In this document: piece by piece, positions 24,609 through 35,187 of the stretch
How positions within the stretch are numbered: position 1 is the stretch's first letter
How the letters are laid out: the number at the start of each line of letters is the position of its first letter
Source of the DNA: Nitrospirota bacterium
GTDB lineage: Bacteria; Nitrospirota; UBA9217
Assembly: GCA_963741205.1 (NCBI GenBank)
Contig: CAVUHW010000010.1
Location: 1-64,000, forward strand
DNA length: 64,000 nucleotides
Direction: 5' to 3'
Translations under genes and position numbers: made by a program
Notes under the pieces: model-generated
Seen by the model: only the letters and a program-made list of their open reading frames with translations
What the model was told of the DNA's origin: nothing
The model's database searches: none

Positions 24609-25657
24609 AAACCGTCAATGAATTCATAGATAGATTTTTTATACTAATTGTTCGTCGTCCCCGAGCGTCCCTATCGGGGACCCAGGGTCTTTTAGAACCT
24701 CTGGATTCCCGATTAAAACGTTCGGGAATGACGGCCTTTATCATTATCCTGTCATTTTTCATCGTAAGCGCCGGACTCGCGGCTGCCGCCTATGCACAGG
24801 AGACGCTGCCCGAAAAGATCAAGGCCGCCGTGGAACGTTCCCCGCTTCCGAGCCAGGGGAAAGCGGAGATCTCCGATGCCGCAGGCCGCGCCTTAAACGC
24901 GGGAATTCCAGCCGACGACGTAGAGATCATCATATCCCGGGGCAGGGACCGGGGGATCGGCGCCGGGACCACCAGGGAGTTGATCGATACAGCAGTCAAG
25001 GCCCGGGCGATGGATTTGCCGGTACGTCCGGTGTTGGACAGGATCGAGCAGGGCCTCTCCAAGGGCGTTCCCCCGGAAAAGATCGCCGCGGCATCCAGGA
25101 ACCTGTCGGAAAAGCTCTCGGAGGCCCGGCCGATCGTGAGCGAACTGATCCGGAGCGGGGTCCGGTCCGGGGCGGAAAAAGACCGTGAATACGCCGTCGA
25201 GACCGTGGCGAGGGCGCTGGAGCGGTCGATTCCCGCTAACACGATCGCGCGCACCGGAAGACAGGTCAAGGACCGACAAGGCTCAGTCGTCCTGTTCGAC
25301 AAGGCCGTCCACACCTTGACCAGCCTCACGGAAAACGGCATGCCCGTGGAATCCGCGTCGCGGCTGGTCCGTTCGGCGGTTGAGCGCGGGTTCACGGAAA
25401 AAGACCTGACCAAGATGGAGCGGGACGTCGTCGAGGGGCTGGGAAAAGGCAGGAAGGTCGATGATGTGGTCAAGTCTACGGAATCGGAGATCTCGCACGA
25501 ACCCAAAGGCGAAGACCGCGGCAGCGACCGTGGACGGGGAGGGTCGCATGAATCCGGCTCCGAACGAGGGAAAGACGGCGACCGCAGTGGAAGGGATGGC
25601 GATCACGGCGGGAAGGGTGGCGATCACGGCGGGAAGGGAGGGTCGCACGGCCAGTAA
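24605..25657 (+). CDS. Secreted helical-repeat protein with a Gly/Asp/His-rich tail
   Basis: ATGA overlap with the anti-sigma gene; signal peptide ending AYA; repeated GIP/GVP/GMP helical units; tail with GDHGGK repeats. Confidence 0.75.
   Translation: MKTVNEFIDRFFILIVRRPRASLSGTQGLLEPLDSRLKRSGMTAFIIILSFFIVSAGLAAAAYAQETLPEKIKAAVERSPLPSQGKAEISDAAGRALNAGIPADDVEIIISRGRDRGIGAGTTRELIDTAVKARAMDLPVRPVLDRIEQGLSKGVPPEKIAAASRNLSEKLSEARPIVSELIRSGVRSGAEKDREYAVETVARALERSIPANTIARTGRQVKDRQGSVVLFDKAVHTLTSLTENGMPVESASRLVRSAVERGFTEKDLTKMERDVVEGLGKGRKVDDVVKSTESEISHEPKGEDRGSDRGRGGSHESGSERGKDGDRSGRDGDHGGKGGDHGGKGGSHGQ
24654..24732. repeat. GTCAT/CCCGAT-family palindromic element inside the 5' end of ORF 24605
   Basis: GTCGTCCCCGAGCGTCCCTATCGGGGACCC ... 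GGATTCCCGATTAAAACGTTCGGGAATGAC. Confidence 0.75.
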
Positions 25658-25670
25658 GGAGGAACAAGCC

Positions 25671-26055
25671 ATGCTGCGAATATTATTATCCATTGCATTT
25701 TTTGCCGGCTTTGTCATGGGAGGCGGAAGCGCGATTGCGCAGACCGAACACGAAAAACCCCAAAAGGCGGAAGTTCAAAAACCGGAATCTCCGCATCCAG
25801 CTGAACCGGAACAGGGAGACGATAAGGGAGTACGGGAAAAGGAAATAAGGCAAGAGCACGGCGCCGGAGAAGCCGGCGATGACGCCGGACGAGAAACGGA
25901 ACTTCGGGGAAGGGCCGCAGAAGGCGAACAGGAGATAGAGAGTGAAGCCGATCATCAGCACCGCGGGACGGGACAGAGGCCGTGAACAGCGGCCAAGAGA
26001 CCGGGGCAGGGACAGGCAACAGGAGAGCGGACACCATGGAGAAGGACATCATTAA
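25671..26055 (+). CDS. Small secreted low-complexity charged protein (frameshifted; end approximate)
   Basis: AAGGAGG SD; signal peptide MLRILLSIAFFAGFVMGGGSAIA; E/K/R/H-rich body. Confidence 0.6.
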
Positions 26056-26116
26056 CACCCATATAACGTGACGTTGTCGGCAGGAGGCGAATACTAAGCC
26101 TTCGGCACCCCTTAAG

Positions 26117-26153
26117 AGACCGTGAGAGGGACTTTTGCTCTCACGGTTTTTTT
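26117..26153 (+). terminator. Rho-independent terminator closing the ECF operon
   Basis: ACCGTGAGAG-loop-CTCTCACGGT followed by a T-run. Confidence 0.75.
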
Positions 26154-26299
26154 GTTTCGTCACTTGTCAATGACCGTGGGATGACTTTTTTTCATTGGCT
26201 TGCGGCCGAAGGTGGCAATATGCTATACTTTCCTCCATGAGTCGCTGCGGAGATCGCAGCAAATCACCGGAAGCTTTATCGTGACCAAGTGGGGATCGC

Positions 26300-27340
26300 A
26301 TGATTCGCTCGTCAAGACTATGGTTGTTCATCGCTTTCATTTCAATAACGGGGCTGCTGGCCGTGGTGCAGGAGGCGAGCGCGGAATTTACTCTCGACCT
26401 GGAAGTGCGCGAGGCATATGAGGACAATGTCATCGGCCTGGTTGCCGATAACCCTAATATCATCTCGACGACACTCGGCGCGACCGCGGGTGAGGTCGCG
26501 GGTGGGGGTGTGGGTGCGGGTGGAGGTAGCAGGAACAGGTACGGACAAACACGGCGGACGGGGGAGGCGGTGGAGGTAAGGCGCTGCATATGAAAAGAGG
26601 CGGGGGACGGGTTGAACGATGCCATCCCGATCGCCGCGATCCCGCCGGCGACGATCTCACCGGGGACGACTAACGAGCGACAAGGTACGGCTGCGGCCGG
26701 AGGCAGGAGCAGTCACTCAGACCGCAGGCGACTTCTCGACCGATATCAGCGTGGATGCCGGCTACTCACATGATGTGGGAGAGCGCACGACCCTTTTGCT
26801 TCTGGCCGGCGTGGAGCATATCGCCTACAGCAAGTATACCCAGTTTAACTTTACCATCGCGGAGCTTTCCGCGGGAGTTGCGGTAAACATTACCGATGAT
26901 CTTATCGGAAAGGCGCTTATCCGCGACGCCGTGAAAAGGTTCAATAACGGCAACCGCAACGCCAAAGCCTACGGCGGCACACTCAGCCTGAGAGAAAAGT
27001 TCACCCCTGTCGTTCTGGCTGAAGGGTGTCTATGATTTCGAACAGAACAATGCCGATCTTTCCTTCGATTCCTACCTGGGCAATTCTTACAGCATCTGGG
27101 CCGGATACGCCCTGACAGCAAAATCATCGGTGGGGGTGGGGTTCAGCTATCTCACCCGTGATTTCAAGTCTTCCAACTTCAGATTGACTTCCAAGACCGC
27201 TGTCCGCAGACTGGACCTGGGAATTCTACCATAGATGGAGCGTGAACGCGGGGTTCGACCAGCAACGCGGAGACTCGAATATCCCGGACTCGGCAACGAT
27301 CGATAATATTTACAGCGTAGCACTGCTGTTCTCCTATTGA
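26300..27340 (+). CDS. Probable outer-membrane beta-barrel protein with a Gly-rich N-terminal insert (frameshifted)
   Basis: Signal peptide ending ASA; YEDNV motif; amphipathic beta-strands (ISVDAGYSH, YGGTLSLRE); ends ...LLFSY with a terminal aromatic residue. Confidence 0.6.
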
Positions 27341-27402
27341 TCGCCGCGCCCGCGTTGTTGTTTATTAACAGTCTCAAAACACTGATGAACAGAAAACAAC
27401 TT

Positions 27403-27446
27403 GTCATCCTCGAATGCTCCTATCCCCGATTCAAGCATTCGGGGAC
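27403..27446. repeat. CCCCGAT-family palindromic element
   Basis: GTCATCCTCGAATGCTCCTATCCCCGATTCAAGCATTCGGGGAC. Confidence 0.65.
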
Positions 27447-27559
27447 GGAGTATAGTTTAACACCAGCTTTCTGATAAAGAACCTCGCGAAGGGCAGCTTC
27501 AAAGCTCATATTCATGCAGCTGCTATTTCGAGGCCGTTGATAAGATACCCGGAAAGTCC

Positions 27560-27604
27560 AAAAAAAGGGCAGCCACGCCATGGCGTGGCTGCCCTTATTT
27601 TTTT
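27560..27604. terminator. Bidirectional terminator
   Basis: A-run, then GGGCAGCCACGCCATGGCGTGGCTGCCC, then T-run, between convergent genes. Confidence 0.8.
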
Positions 27605-27621
27605 CTCTTGCGGAAACCTGC

Positions 27622-30092
27622 TTACTGCGCTGCAGTCGTGTAGCTCCGAACCTCGCTCGACGACAGGCCGCCCTTGCCGTCGTCCGCGACAACCTTCCAG
27701 TAATAGGTCGTGTTCGGCGTAAGATTCTTGACGGTATTGCTTACCTGATCGGCGGCAATCGGGGGCGGCGGAGTACTTTCACTGCTGCTCGAGTGGCAGG
27801 ACATGAATACAGCTCCCGAGAGCAGGAGGAAGGCGATGAGTAAGCATCATCATCCGCGAGCGCTTCAAACCGCTTCCGTTTATAAAGCCGATCAGAATGA
27901 TCCCCGCTCCTAAACTTCCCAGGCCGGCAAAGAAAAGCCCGGATGGCGCGGCTGCCGTAACGTCGGCAGGTCGTGCAGCCCGTCGTCATGGCCTGATCGG
28001 TGCAGTTGTTGAAATGGTACGTTACTGCATTGCCATCGGGGTCCACCGCCTTGTTCCAGATGAACGTCATCGTCGTGGGAACACCGGTCTGTCCGGGCGC
28101 CGGGGTAACGAGCACGGGCTGGGAGGGCGGATATTGCCGGTGGCCGATATTCCGGAACCGGTCAAGGCTATAGTCACTGGCGAAGGCCGGTAACGTTATT
28201 TGGAATACTGAATGTTGCGCTTACCACGGCGTTGGCGCGTGGGAGCGAAATGGATTGTCAGACTGCACGTGGCGGCATGCTGGCAGCGTTTGACCCGAGC
28301 AGGTATCACTCGTGATGCTGAATGGGGCCGCAGGCGCGGCGATCGTGCCGATGATAAGAGTCCGCCGTTCCCGTATTGGTGACGGTGACCGTCGCATCGG
28401 ACGGAACTTGCCTATGGTAACACCGGCAAAGGGTAACTTCTGGTCGTTGGCGGGGGCGATGGAGTCCGTGACCGACGATGTCCGGGACCGGCGCCGCACT
28501 CCCCGCACCGCTGAGCGCGAAAGGTCACCGGTCGGAGTTAGCCGGGTCGTTGCTCGGGATATTGAAGGTATCGGACGCCGCAGCGAGCGGCAGTCGGCGC
28601 AAACCGTACCGTAACCGTGCAACTTGACGGGAAAAGCGTCAGCGGGTGCGGCAGCGTCGCGCCGGTGCAGGTGTTGGCTCCGACTATAAGACTGAATGGC
28701 GCGGCCAGAGGGTCCAGCCCGGCGATGTCGGTGATGTTCAGGCTGCCGTCGCCGAGGTTGTTGATGGTGATGACCTGGTCCGAGATCGTACCGTCAGTCA
28801 CCGTGCCGAAGTCGATGGCATGTGCAGGCGTCACCGCGATCTTTTGAGGCCTGAATTCAAAGGCGCCTATGTCGCATGTGGCAACGCCGTCAAGAGGAAT
28901 GTTGCCGTCCACGGGCCGCGCGATATCCCCGCTCGTCCGTGGCGGGACAACCAGCCACACCCGCATCTATTGCAGGGCTTCCCTGCAAAAGGGATAGGGT
29001 CAATTGGTGGAACGGCAGGGTCCCGCCGTTGTCGACAAGAGAAAGCTCAGAGCGCAAGGTTAGCAGTGACGGGTAACCGGTAAGCCCGCAGGTAGCGTCG
29101 GTCGCCATGTTACCCCCCAGCGATACGTAATGCGCCGCCGCAATTATTACCGGCGTAGTTATTTGCAATGATCGTATTCGTGATGTTTACGGTTCCGCCG
29201 GCACATTACTGAATGCCGCCGACATTGACCCGCCGCGGGCCGATGTTGCCGTTAAGCGTGCACATTGATGAGATTGACGAGTGCCGGCAGCCTTGTTATC
29301 GATGGCGCCGCCGTTTCCCGCTGTTAAATTGCCGCTCATGGTGACGTTCGTGAGATTATCGTGCCTCCGTTATTGATAGCGCTAATCGCTGTTGCCGCTG
29401 ATAGTCCCGTTGGTAATGGTAAGCGTGCTGCACCGCTCCGACGTTGATGGCACCGCCGGGGGAAATGTTGTTCGTGATGGCGACATTGTTCATGGTGACC
29501 GTTGCCGCCACCTGCCCCGATAGCGATGGCGCCGCCTTCGGCAGCCTGCCGTGTTGCCCGTGATGATCGAATTATTCAGGGTCAGCGATGCTGCCGCCGC
29601 CGATATCGAATAGCGCCTCCGCCTGCCGCTCCGCCGGAATTCCCGTTCCGGATCGTCACGCCCGAGATGGTAACGTTGACCGCACCGATGAGTATCGAAT
29701 ACCCGGTCGATCGCGCCGCCGTCGATGATTGTCGTTGCCGCGCCTGCGCCGGATGATGGTAAGCGGCCCGCCTGCTCCGTTGACGTCGAGATCGCCGGTT
29801 ACAGCCGCGTCATCACCCGCTGCCGGCGATAGTCAGCGTATAGGTCCCTGCGGGAAGAATGATGGTGTCGCACCCCGAGGATGCATTTGCCGCCTGGATG
29901 GCGGAGCGAAGCGTGCATGATCCCGTTGTCGGAGCACAGCGGCAGCTAAGTCCAGCTGTGTCAGCCGTGCTGTTCACCGTGAATGTCAGCGGCATGGCCC
30001 TGGCCCGGCGCCAGGAAAAGAAGCATGAGACTCAATAAGAGCAATCCCCCCAAAGAATAAACATCTTTTTTTTGCTTACCCATTGCGTACAT
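27622..30092 (-). CDS. Large surface protein: CSLREA domain, beta-helix/choice-of-anchor Q, choice-of-anchor D Ig domains, C-terminal FN3 (heavily frameshifted)
   Basis: AAGGAGGT SD; FTVNSTADT...CTLRSAIQAAN; GSPAIDAG...DERG; CDIGAFE; IDFGTV...ITINNLG...SCTVTVRFAP; NLTPNTTYYWKVVADD. Confidence 0.75.
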
Positions 30093-30393
30093 ACCTCCTT
30101 ATATGGTTTTAACTTTCATTGTAAGAGTTATCAAGATGATGTGCTTACTAGACCATAACGGCATACTGTGAGATTGAATAAACAAGGATGGACTATGCCG
30201 GGTGATATGTGCCAACTACTTTCTTCAACGAAAACGCAATGCTGGCTTGGCATAAAGTCTGGGGCAAAATACTATTTCAGCTTGGCGAGTCACAAACGTA
30301 ATTATACCACTCATTTTGACCCACCTGTTACTGTTTAGATATTCAGTATATCACAAACGCAATGTGGTTTTCTTAATAGTTGCATCATAAGCC

Positions 30394-31224
30394 CTATTTT
30401 TTTGAAAACCAGTTTACGACCTTCTCGATGTTCTGAATCAGGCTCTCCTTCGCGTTAATGATGAATATCCTGTCCTGGATCCGGAAAAGCTCCCGTTCCA
30501 TGCGCAGGACTTCCGGCGGCTCCTCGTATCGTTTCTGGAGCTCCTTCTCGAACATCGGAACCAGCTTGTCCTTCATGCGGAGCTCCGTATCCATGAGGAA
30601 GACGGCGACGCCGGGTGCGAGGTCCTCGACCCGGTCTAAAAAAGCCGCGATTTCGCTGTCGTAGATCTGTTTGGGTGGGGACGATTTCACCTCGAAATAA
30701 ATCAGCGAGCCGTCGAATCTGGCGATCACGTCGTAGTCCCCGCCCACTTTCGGCCTCTTGAACTTCACTCCCCAGACCGTCTCGGCGCCGAATTCCCGCT
30801 TGAGGATCTCGGCGATAAACCATTCCAGCGTCGCGCCGAAGCTCGTGATCGGACCTCGGGCGAGCACATATCCCTTCGGCCTTTTTTTTATCAACCTGAC
30901 GGAAAGGAGATATTCGAGATACTCCGTGGTCACCTCCGGGGTGGCATATCGCGTTACGTCTTCGAGGGCGAAGGACTCCTGGTGCTTGATGACATCGCGG
31001 AGGAAGAGCCGGAAAGAATATTTATGGAGCATCCGGTAATAGCCGGCCAGATATTTTTTTGAGGGAATCAGAAGGTCGTCCGCAGGTTCTTTCTTGTAGA
31101 CCTTGAACCCGCGCCGCTTTAAAAGAACATCGATGCCCGGCGACTGCCGCATGAGTGCCTTGCGGAGCCGCTTGACTTCCGCCCGGAGGGAGGCGAGTTC
31201 GCTGGAGGTTTTGGCGTCGTTCAT
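30394..31224 (-). CDS. Hypothetical protein with a PD-(D/E)XK nuclease-like C-terminal domain
   Basis: Intact 276-aa ORF; GATLEWF...GGDYDVIA...YFEVKS fits the E...D...ExK pattern. Confidence 0.7.
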   Translation of the reverse strand: MNDAKTSSELASLRAEVKRLRKALMRQSPGIDVLLKRRGFKVYKKEPADDLLIPSKKYLAGYYRMLHKYSFRLFLRDVIKHQESFALEDVTRYATPEVTTEYLEYLLSVRLIKKRPKGYVLARGPITSFGATLEWFIAEILKREFGAETVWGVKFKRPKVGGDYDVIARFDGSLIYFEVKSSPPKQIYDSEIAAFLDRVEDLAPGVAVFLMDTELRMKDKLVPMFEKELQKRYEEPPEVLRMERELFRIQDRIFIINAKESLIQNIEKVVNWFSKK

Positions 31225-31419
31225 GTCAGATATAAATCGTCATTCCCGAGGCCTGATCAAAGCGCTTGAAGTCCCGAAGGACGCGAGGACGACAAAAGCA
31301 ATGAAATGTCTCAGTGTTAGACCCGGAGAATGACTCAGGATTTATGGTTCCCTTCGCGCTCTTCGCGCCTTCGCGGTTCCCATCTGGATGGGTTGCAGTC
31401 TCCGTGAAGAGGACTTGCT

Positions 31420-32123
31420 TCAAGACTTATGCAGCACGACCCGCACATCCAGCGCCGAGGCGCCCCTGGCGTAGACGCGCACGGGATTCATGTCGATCTC
31501 CTTGATCTCGGGGTAATCGGTCAGGAGCTTCGACAGGTTGGTGATGATCAGGTGCACGGCCTCCTCGTCGAGCGCGGGACTGCCGCGGAATCCCCGTAAA
31601 AACATGCTTGCCCTGGTTTGGGATATCATATCGACCGTCTCTTCATGGCTGAGCGGCAGGATGCCGAAGGCGGTGTCCTTGAGCGCCTCGACCCAGACAC
31701 CCCCGAGGCCGAAGGCCACGGACGGGCCGAACTGCTCGTCCCGAAGACCGCCGATCAGGAGCTCAAGCCCCTGCGGCATCATCTTCTCGACCAGAAATCC
31801 CCGGATGACCGCACCGGGCGCCCTCGCCGCGATCATGTTTTTCATCGCCGTTACCGAGGCCGAAAGCATCGGACCGGAAAGAATGTTCAGCATCACGGCG
31901 CCTGCGTCGGTCTTATGCAGGATCTGGGGGAAACGGCCTTGAGAGCGACGGGAAAGCCGAGCGACTCGCCGGCGGCCACGACGGCGTGAGGATCATGTAT
32001 CAGCCAGAACGTATCTCGGCACGATAATACCGACAGAGTGCGCGAGTTCCTTGGCCTCGTGCTCGAAGAGTGATTTGCGGCCCTCCTTCGGGCTGTCTGA
32101 ATGATATCTGCGGGTGTTTTCAT
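31420..32123 (-). CDS. ADP-forming acetate-CoA ligase beta / ATP-grasp part (frameshifted; may be fused to the alpha part)
   Basis: EHEAKEL, GFPVALKA, GLELLIGGLRDEQFGP, GLGGVWVEALKD and KEIDMNPV. Confidence 0.85.
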
Positions 32124-33639
32124 TGATGATTGGTCGAACCTTGATTCTATGGATGTAGCGATTTCTAAAACCATATCCCCGATGGAAGCATTCGGGGATG
32201 ACCGTTGGTGTGCCGAAGCAGTTGATGTCATTCCCGAGGTACGGAATCGGCAATCCGGTTTGATGGTCATGTCTTGCCTGCACATCGCCTTTCTGATAGC
32301 GGCAAGCGCCCGCACGGCCCTCTCCGGCGACGGGTACACGGGGATGCCGTGCTTCAACAGCAAGTTCATCGCCTCGCGGGTGTAGCCCAGCCCCTGGAGG
32401 ATGCAGCAGGCGACGGGCTTGTTCGCCTCATGACACGCGCGGGCGATGAGCTCCGTCGCCTCGTCGGTCACCGTCGTCGCTCCCATGAGTACGATGATGA
32501 CGGCGGCGTCATAATGCGGCAGGGCCTCTTTGAGCGCCGTAAAATAATCTTCGTTCCTCCCGCTTCCGGTGAGGTCGATGGGATTGCCCTTGACGAAATA
32601 GGGAGGGAAGGCCGAATCGAGCCTTTTCCGGACCTCTTCCGGAAGAGCCGGCATCACGAAGCCTTCCTTCTGCGCCTGGTCCGATGCCGCGACCGCCATG
32701 CCGCCGCCGTTCGTCAGGATAAGGAGCCTGTTCCCCGCGCAGGGGGGCTCCATCAAGCGCGACGGCCTTTGCCGCGTCGATCATGTGGTCGAAACCATAG
32801 GCTTCGACGGCCCCGGCCTGCCGGAAGGCGGCCTGGTAGAGGCCGTATCTGCCTGCAAGCGTCGCCGTGTGCGACGCCACGGCAGAGGCGCCCAGCTCGT
32901 GTTTGCCCGCCTTCCATACGACCAGCGGCTTCTTCGCCGCGAACGCCTTCGCCGATTTCAGGAATTTTCTTCCGTCCGCCACGGACTCCATGTACATGGC
33001 GACCGCGCCGGTCTGAGGGTCGTCCGCGAAATAATCGAGGCAGTCCGCATCATCGATATCGAGCCGGTTTCCGTAGTTCACGGCCTTGGCGATCCCGATA
33101 TCGTCGCGGGCGAGGGCCTCCATCAGAATGACCGTGATAGCGCCGCTCTGGGAGATGATCGAAAGCCTTCCCGCAGCGGGCCGCGAAACACGGTGACGGG
33201 ACACGAAGAAGCTGTCGAGTCCGTTGTCCGTATTGTAGACGCCGAGGGCATTCGGTCCGATGACCCGTATGCCGTAGCGCAGCGTTGTTTCCGCCAGCCG
33301 TTTCTGCATGCCGAGGCCGGCCTCTCCCGCCTCGGCAAAGCCGGAGCTGACTAAAATCGCCCGGCGGATGCCTTTCTCGTGCAGGCGTTCGATCTCCTGT
33401 TCCACAAGACGGGCCGGCAGCGCGACGATGGCAAGATCGATCGCCTCGGGGACCGCCGCGATGGATGGGTAGCACCGCTGTCCCAAAAGCGTTTCGTGCT
33501 TCGGGTTCACCGGGAAGACTGCGCCCCTGAACAGCGACAAGTTTTCCAGGATGGACGTGCCGGGTTTCAGGGGGTTGTCCGTGGCGCCGATGAGGGCCAC
33601 TGTTTTGGGGTGGAAGAACCCGTCGAGATCATGAGGCAT
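32124..33639 (-). CDS. ADP-forming acetate-CoA ligase alpha / CoA-binding part (frameshifted; 3' end uncertain)
   Basis: FFHPKTVALIGAT, IGPNALG, ISQSGA, SHTATLAG (phospho-His), TNGGG and NPIDLTG. Confidence 0.85.
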
Positions 33640-33723
33640 GTTAAAAAAATAGCATACTCATGAGACTCTTGCAACCGATATGATATTTCTTTCCAACACT
33701 TGACAAGTCGCAGTGAATCTTTT

Positions 33724-33815
33724 GTTGCGAGTTGCGAGTTGCGGGTTGCGGGTTGCGGGTCTGTGGGTTGCGGGTTACGGGTTTAACTCGCACCTCGCAA
33801 CGCGCACCTCGCAAC
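33724..33815. repeat. Inverted heptamer-array element (GTTGCGR type)
   Basis: About 8 tandem GTTGCG(A/G) units followed by CTCGCAC/CTCGCAAC units in the opposite orientation. Confidence 0.85.
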
Positions 33816-33888
33816 ATCCTTTGCGGCCAAAGGCGCACTATGACCTTCATCATAGACTTTCTCTCCGGAACGAGGTATTATTCCCCCT

Positions 33889-34896
33889 ATGAAATTACCA
33901 AGAACATATCTCCGCCCCCTCCGATACGCCGTGCAACTCGGCTTTTTCCTCCTCACGGTGTTCATCGGCTACCGCTTCTACCAGTTCGTTCAGCACTTCG
34001 AGGCGGGCAGACCTTTTGTCGAACGGCCCGCGTCCGTGGACGCCTTTCTCCCGATCGGCGGGCTCATGGCCTTCAAGTACTTTATTCTGACCGGCATCGT
34101 CGAGCCCGTGCACCCATCGGGCTTCATCATGTTCGCCGCCATCCTCGGCGTCTCGCTGGCCGTGAAGAAAGGCTTCTGCGGCTGGATCTGCCCCGTCGGC
34201 ACGCTGTCGCAGTATATCTGGATGGCGGGTGAGAAAATCTTCGGAAGGAATTTCCGCATCAAGGGTTTCACGGACATCTCTCTGCGGTCGCTGAAGTACG
34301 TTCTCCTCGTGCTTTTCCTGTTCCTGATCGGAATCGCCATGCCGCCGAACATGATGGCGCTGTTCTTTATCGCCGACTACTACAAGGTCGTGGACGTGCG
34401 GATGATGAAGTTCTTCACCGAGATGACCGCGGTCACGATGTGGGTCCTGATCGCGCTCGGCGCGCTTTCCCTCCTGTACAAGAACTTCTGGTGCCGCTAC
34501 CTCTGCCCCTACGGCGCGCTTCTGGGCCTTTTGGGCAGGCTCAGCCCCTTGAAAGTCCGGCGCAACGAGGAGAAGTGCATCCACTGCCACGCCTGCACGA
34601 AGCATTGCCCGACGCTGATCGATGTGGAGCAGAAGGATGTGGTGAAGTCCGAAGAGTGCTTCGGGTGCATGACCTGCGTGAGCCGCTGTCCGGCGGAGGG
34701 GGCGCTCGACCTTACGCTCAAAACCGGCAAGAAGGTCAGCGTCGTCAAGGCCTGGCTATTTCCCATTATCCTGATTGCGCTGTTCTATCTCGTGATCGGC
34801 ATCGGCATGGCCACGGACAAGTGGCATTCGAAGATCCCCTACGAGGACTACCAGCAGCTCATCCCGGAAGTGCAGAAGGAATATTCGAAGCGGTGA
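33889..34896 (+). CDS. Membrane-bound 4Fe-4S protein (NapH/YccM-like)
   Basis: FCGWICPVG and WCRYLCPYG motifs, two CxxCxxCxxxCP clusters, and TM helices. Confidence 0.9.
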   Translation: MKLPRTYLRPLRYAVQLGFFLLTVFIGYRFYQFVQHFEAGRPFVERPASVDAFLPIGGLMAFKYFILTGIVEPVHPSGFIMFAAILGVSLAVKKGFCGWICPVGTLSQYIWMAGEKIFGRNFRIKGFTDISLRSLKYVLLVLFLFLIGIAMPPNMMALFFIADYYKVVDVRMMKFFTEMTAVTMWVLIALGALSLLYKNFWCRYLCPYGALLGLLGRLSPLKVRRNEEKCIHCHACTKHCPTLIDVEQKDVVKSEECFGCMTCVSRCPAEGALDLTLKTGKKVSVVKAWLFPIILIALFYLVIGIGMATDKWHSKIPYEDYQQLIPEVQKEYSKR

Positions 34897-35187
34897 GCGG
34901 CAGTCGCTCTTGCTCATGCGGTTTCCATGACCGTGCTCACCAACTATAACTGCGCATCTTTTCATTTCTCCCCTGCGACTACAAAACCTAGCGTCCCTCT
35001 GCTGCTTGACTTCTCTCCAAAGTAAGCTATATTCAAAAAGTCGATTTGCAGACTCTCTTGTACAAACATGCCGTAATCATATACTACTTCAGTACCTTAT
35101 CCAAATAAAAGAACCAACCCGCAACGCATATGTCCGGGCGGGCATCACGCCGTTTTCGAATACTACAATTGAGAAAGGAGATGTTGA

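Noticed and set aside
25595-25645. GGCGATCACGGCGGGAAGGG direct repeat as a DNA element
   Set aside because: It simply encodes the GDHGGK low-complexity protein tail.
33724-33815. Possible CRISPR array (also the 61-bp periodic motif near 30230)
   Set aside because: Units are 7-13 bp with no identical 25-40 bp repeats separated by unique spacers, and no cas genes are present.
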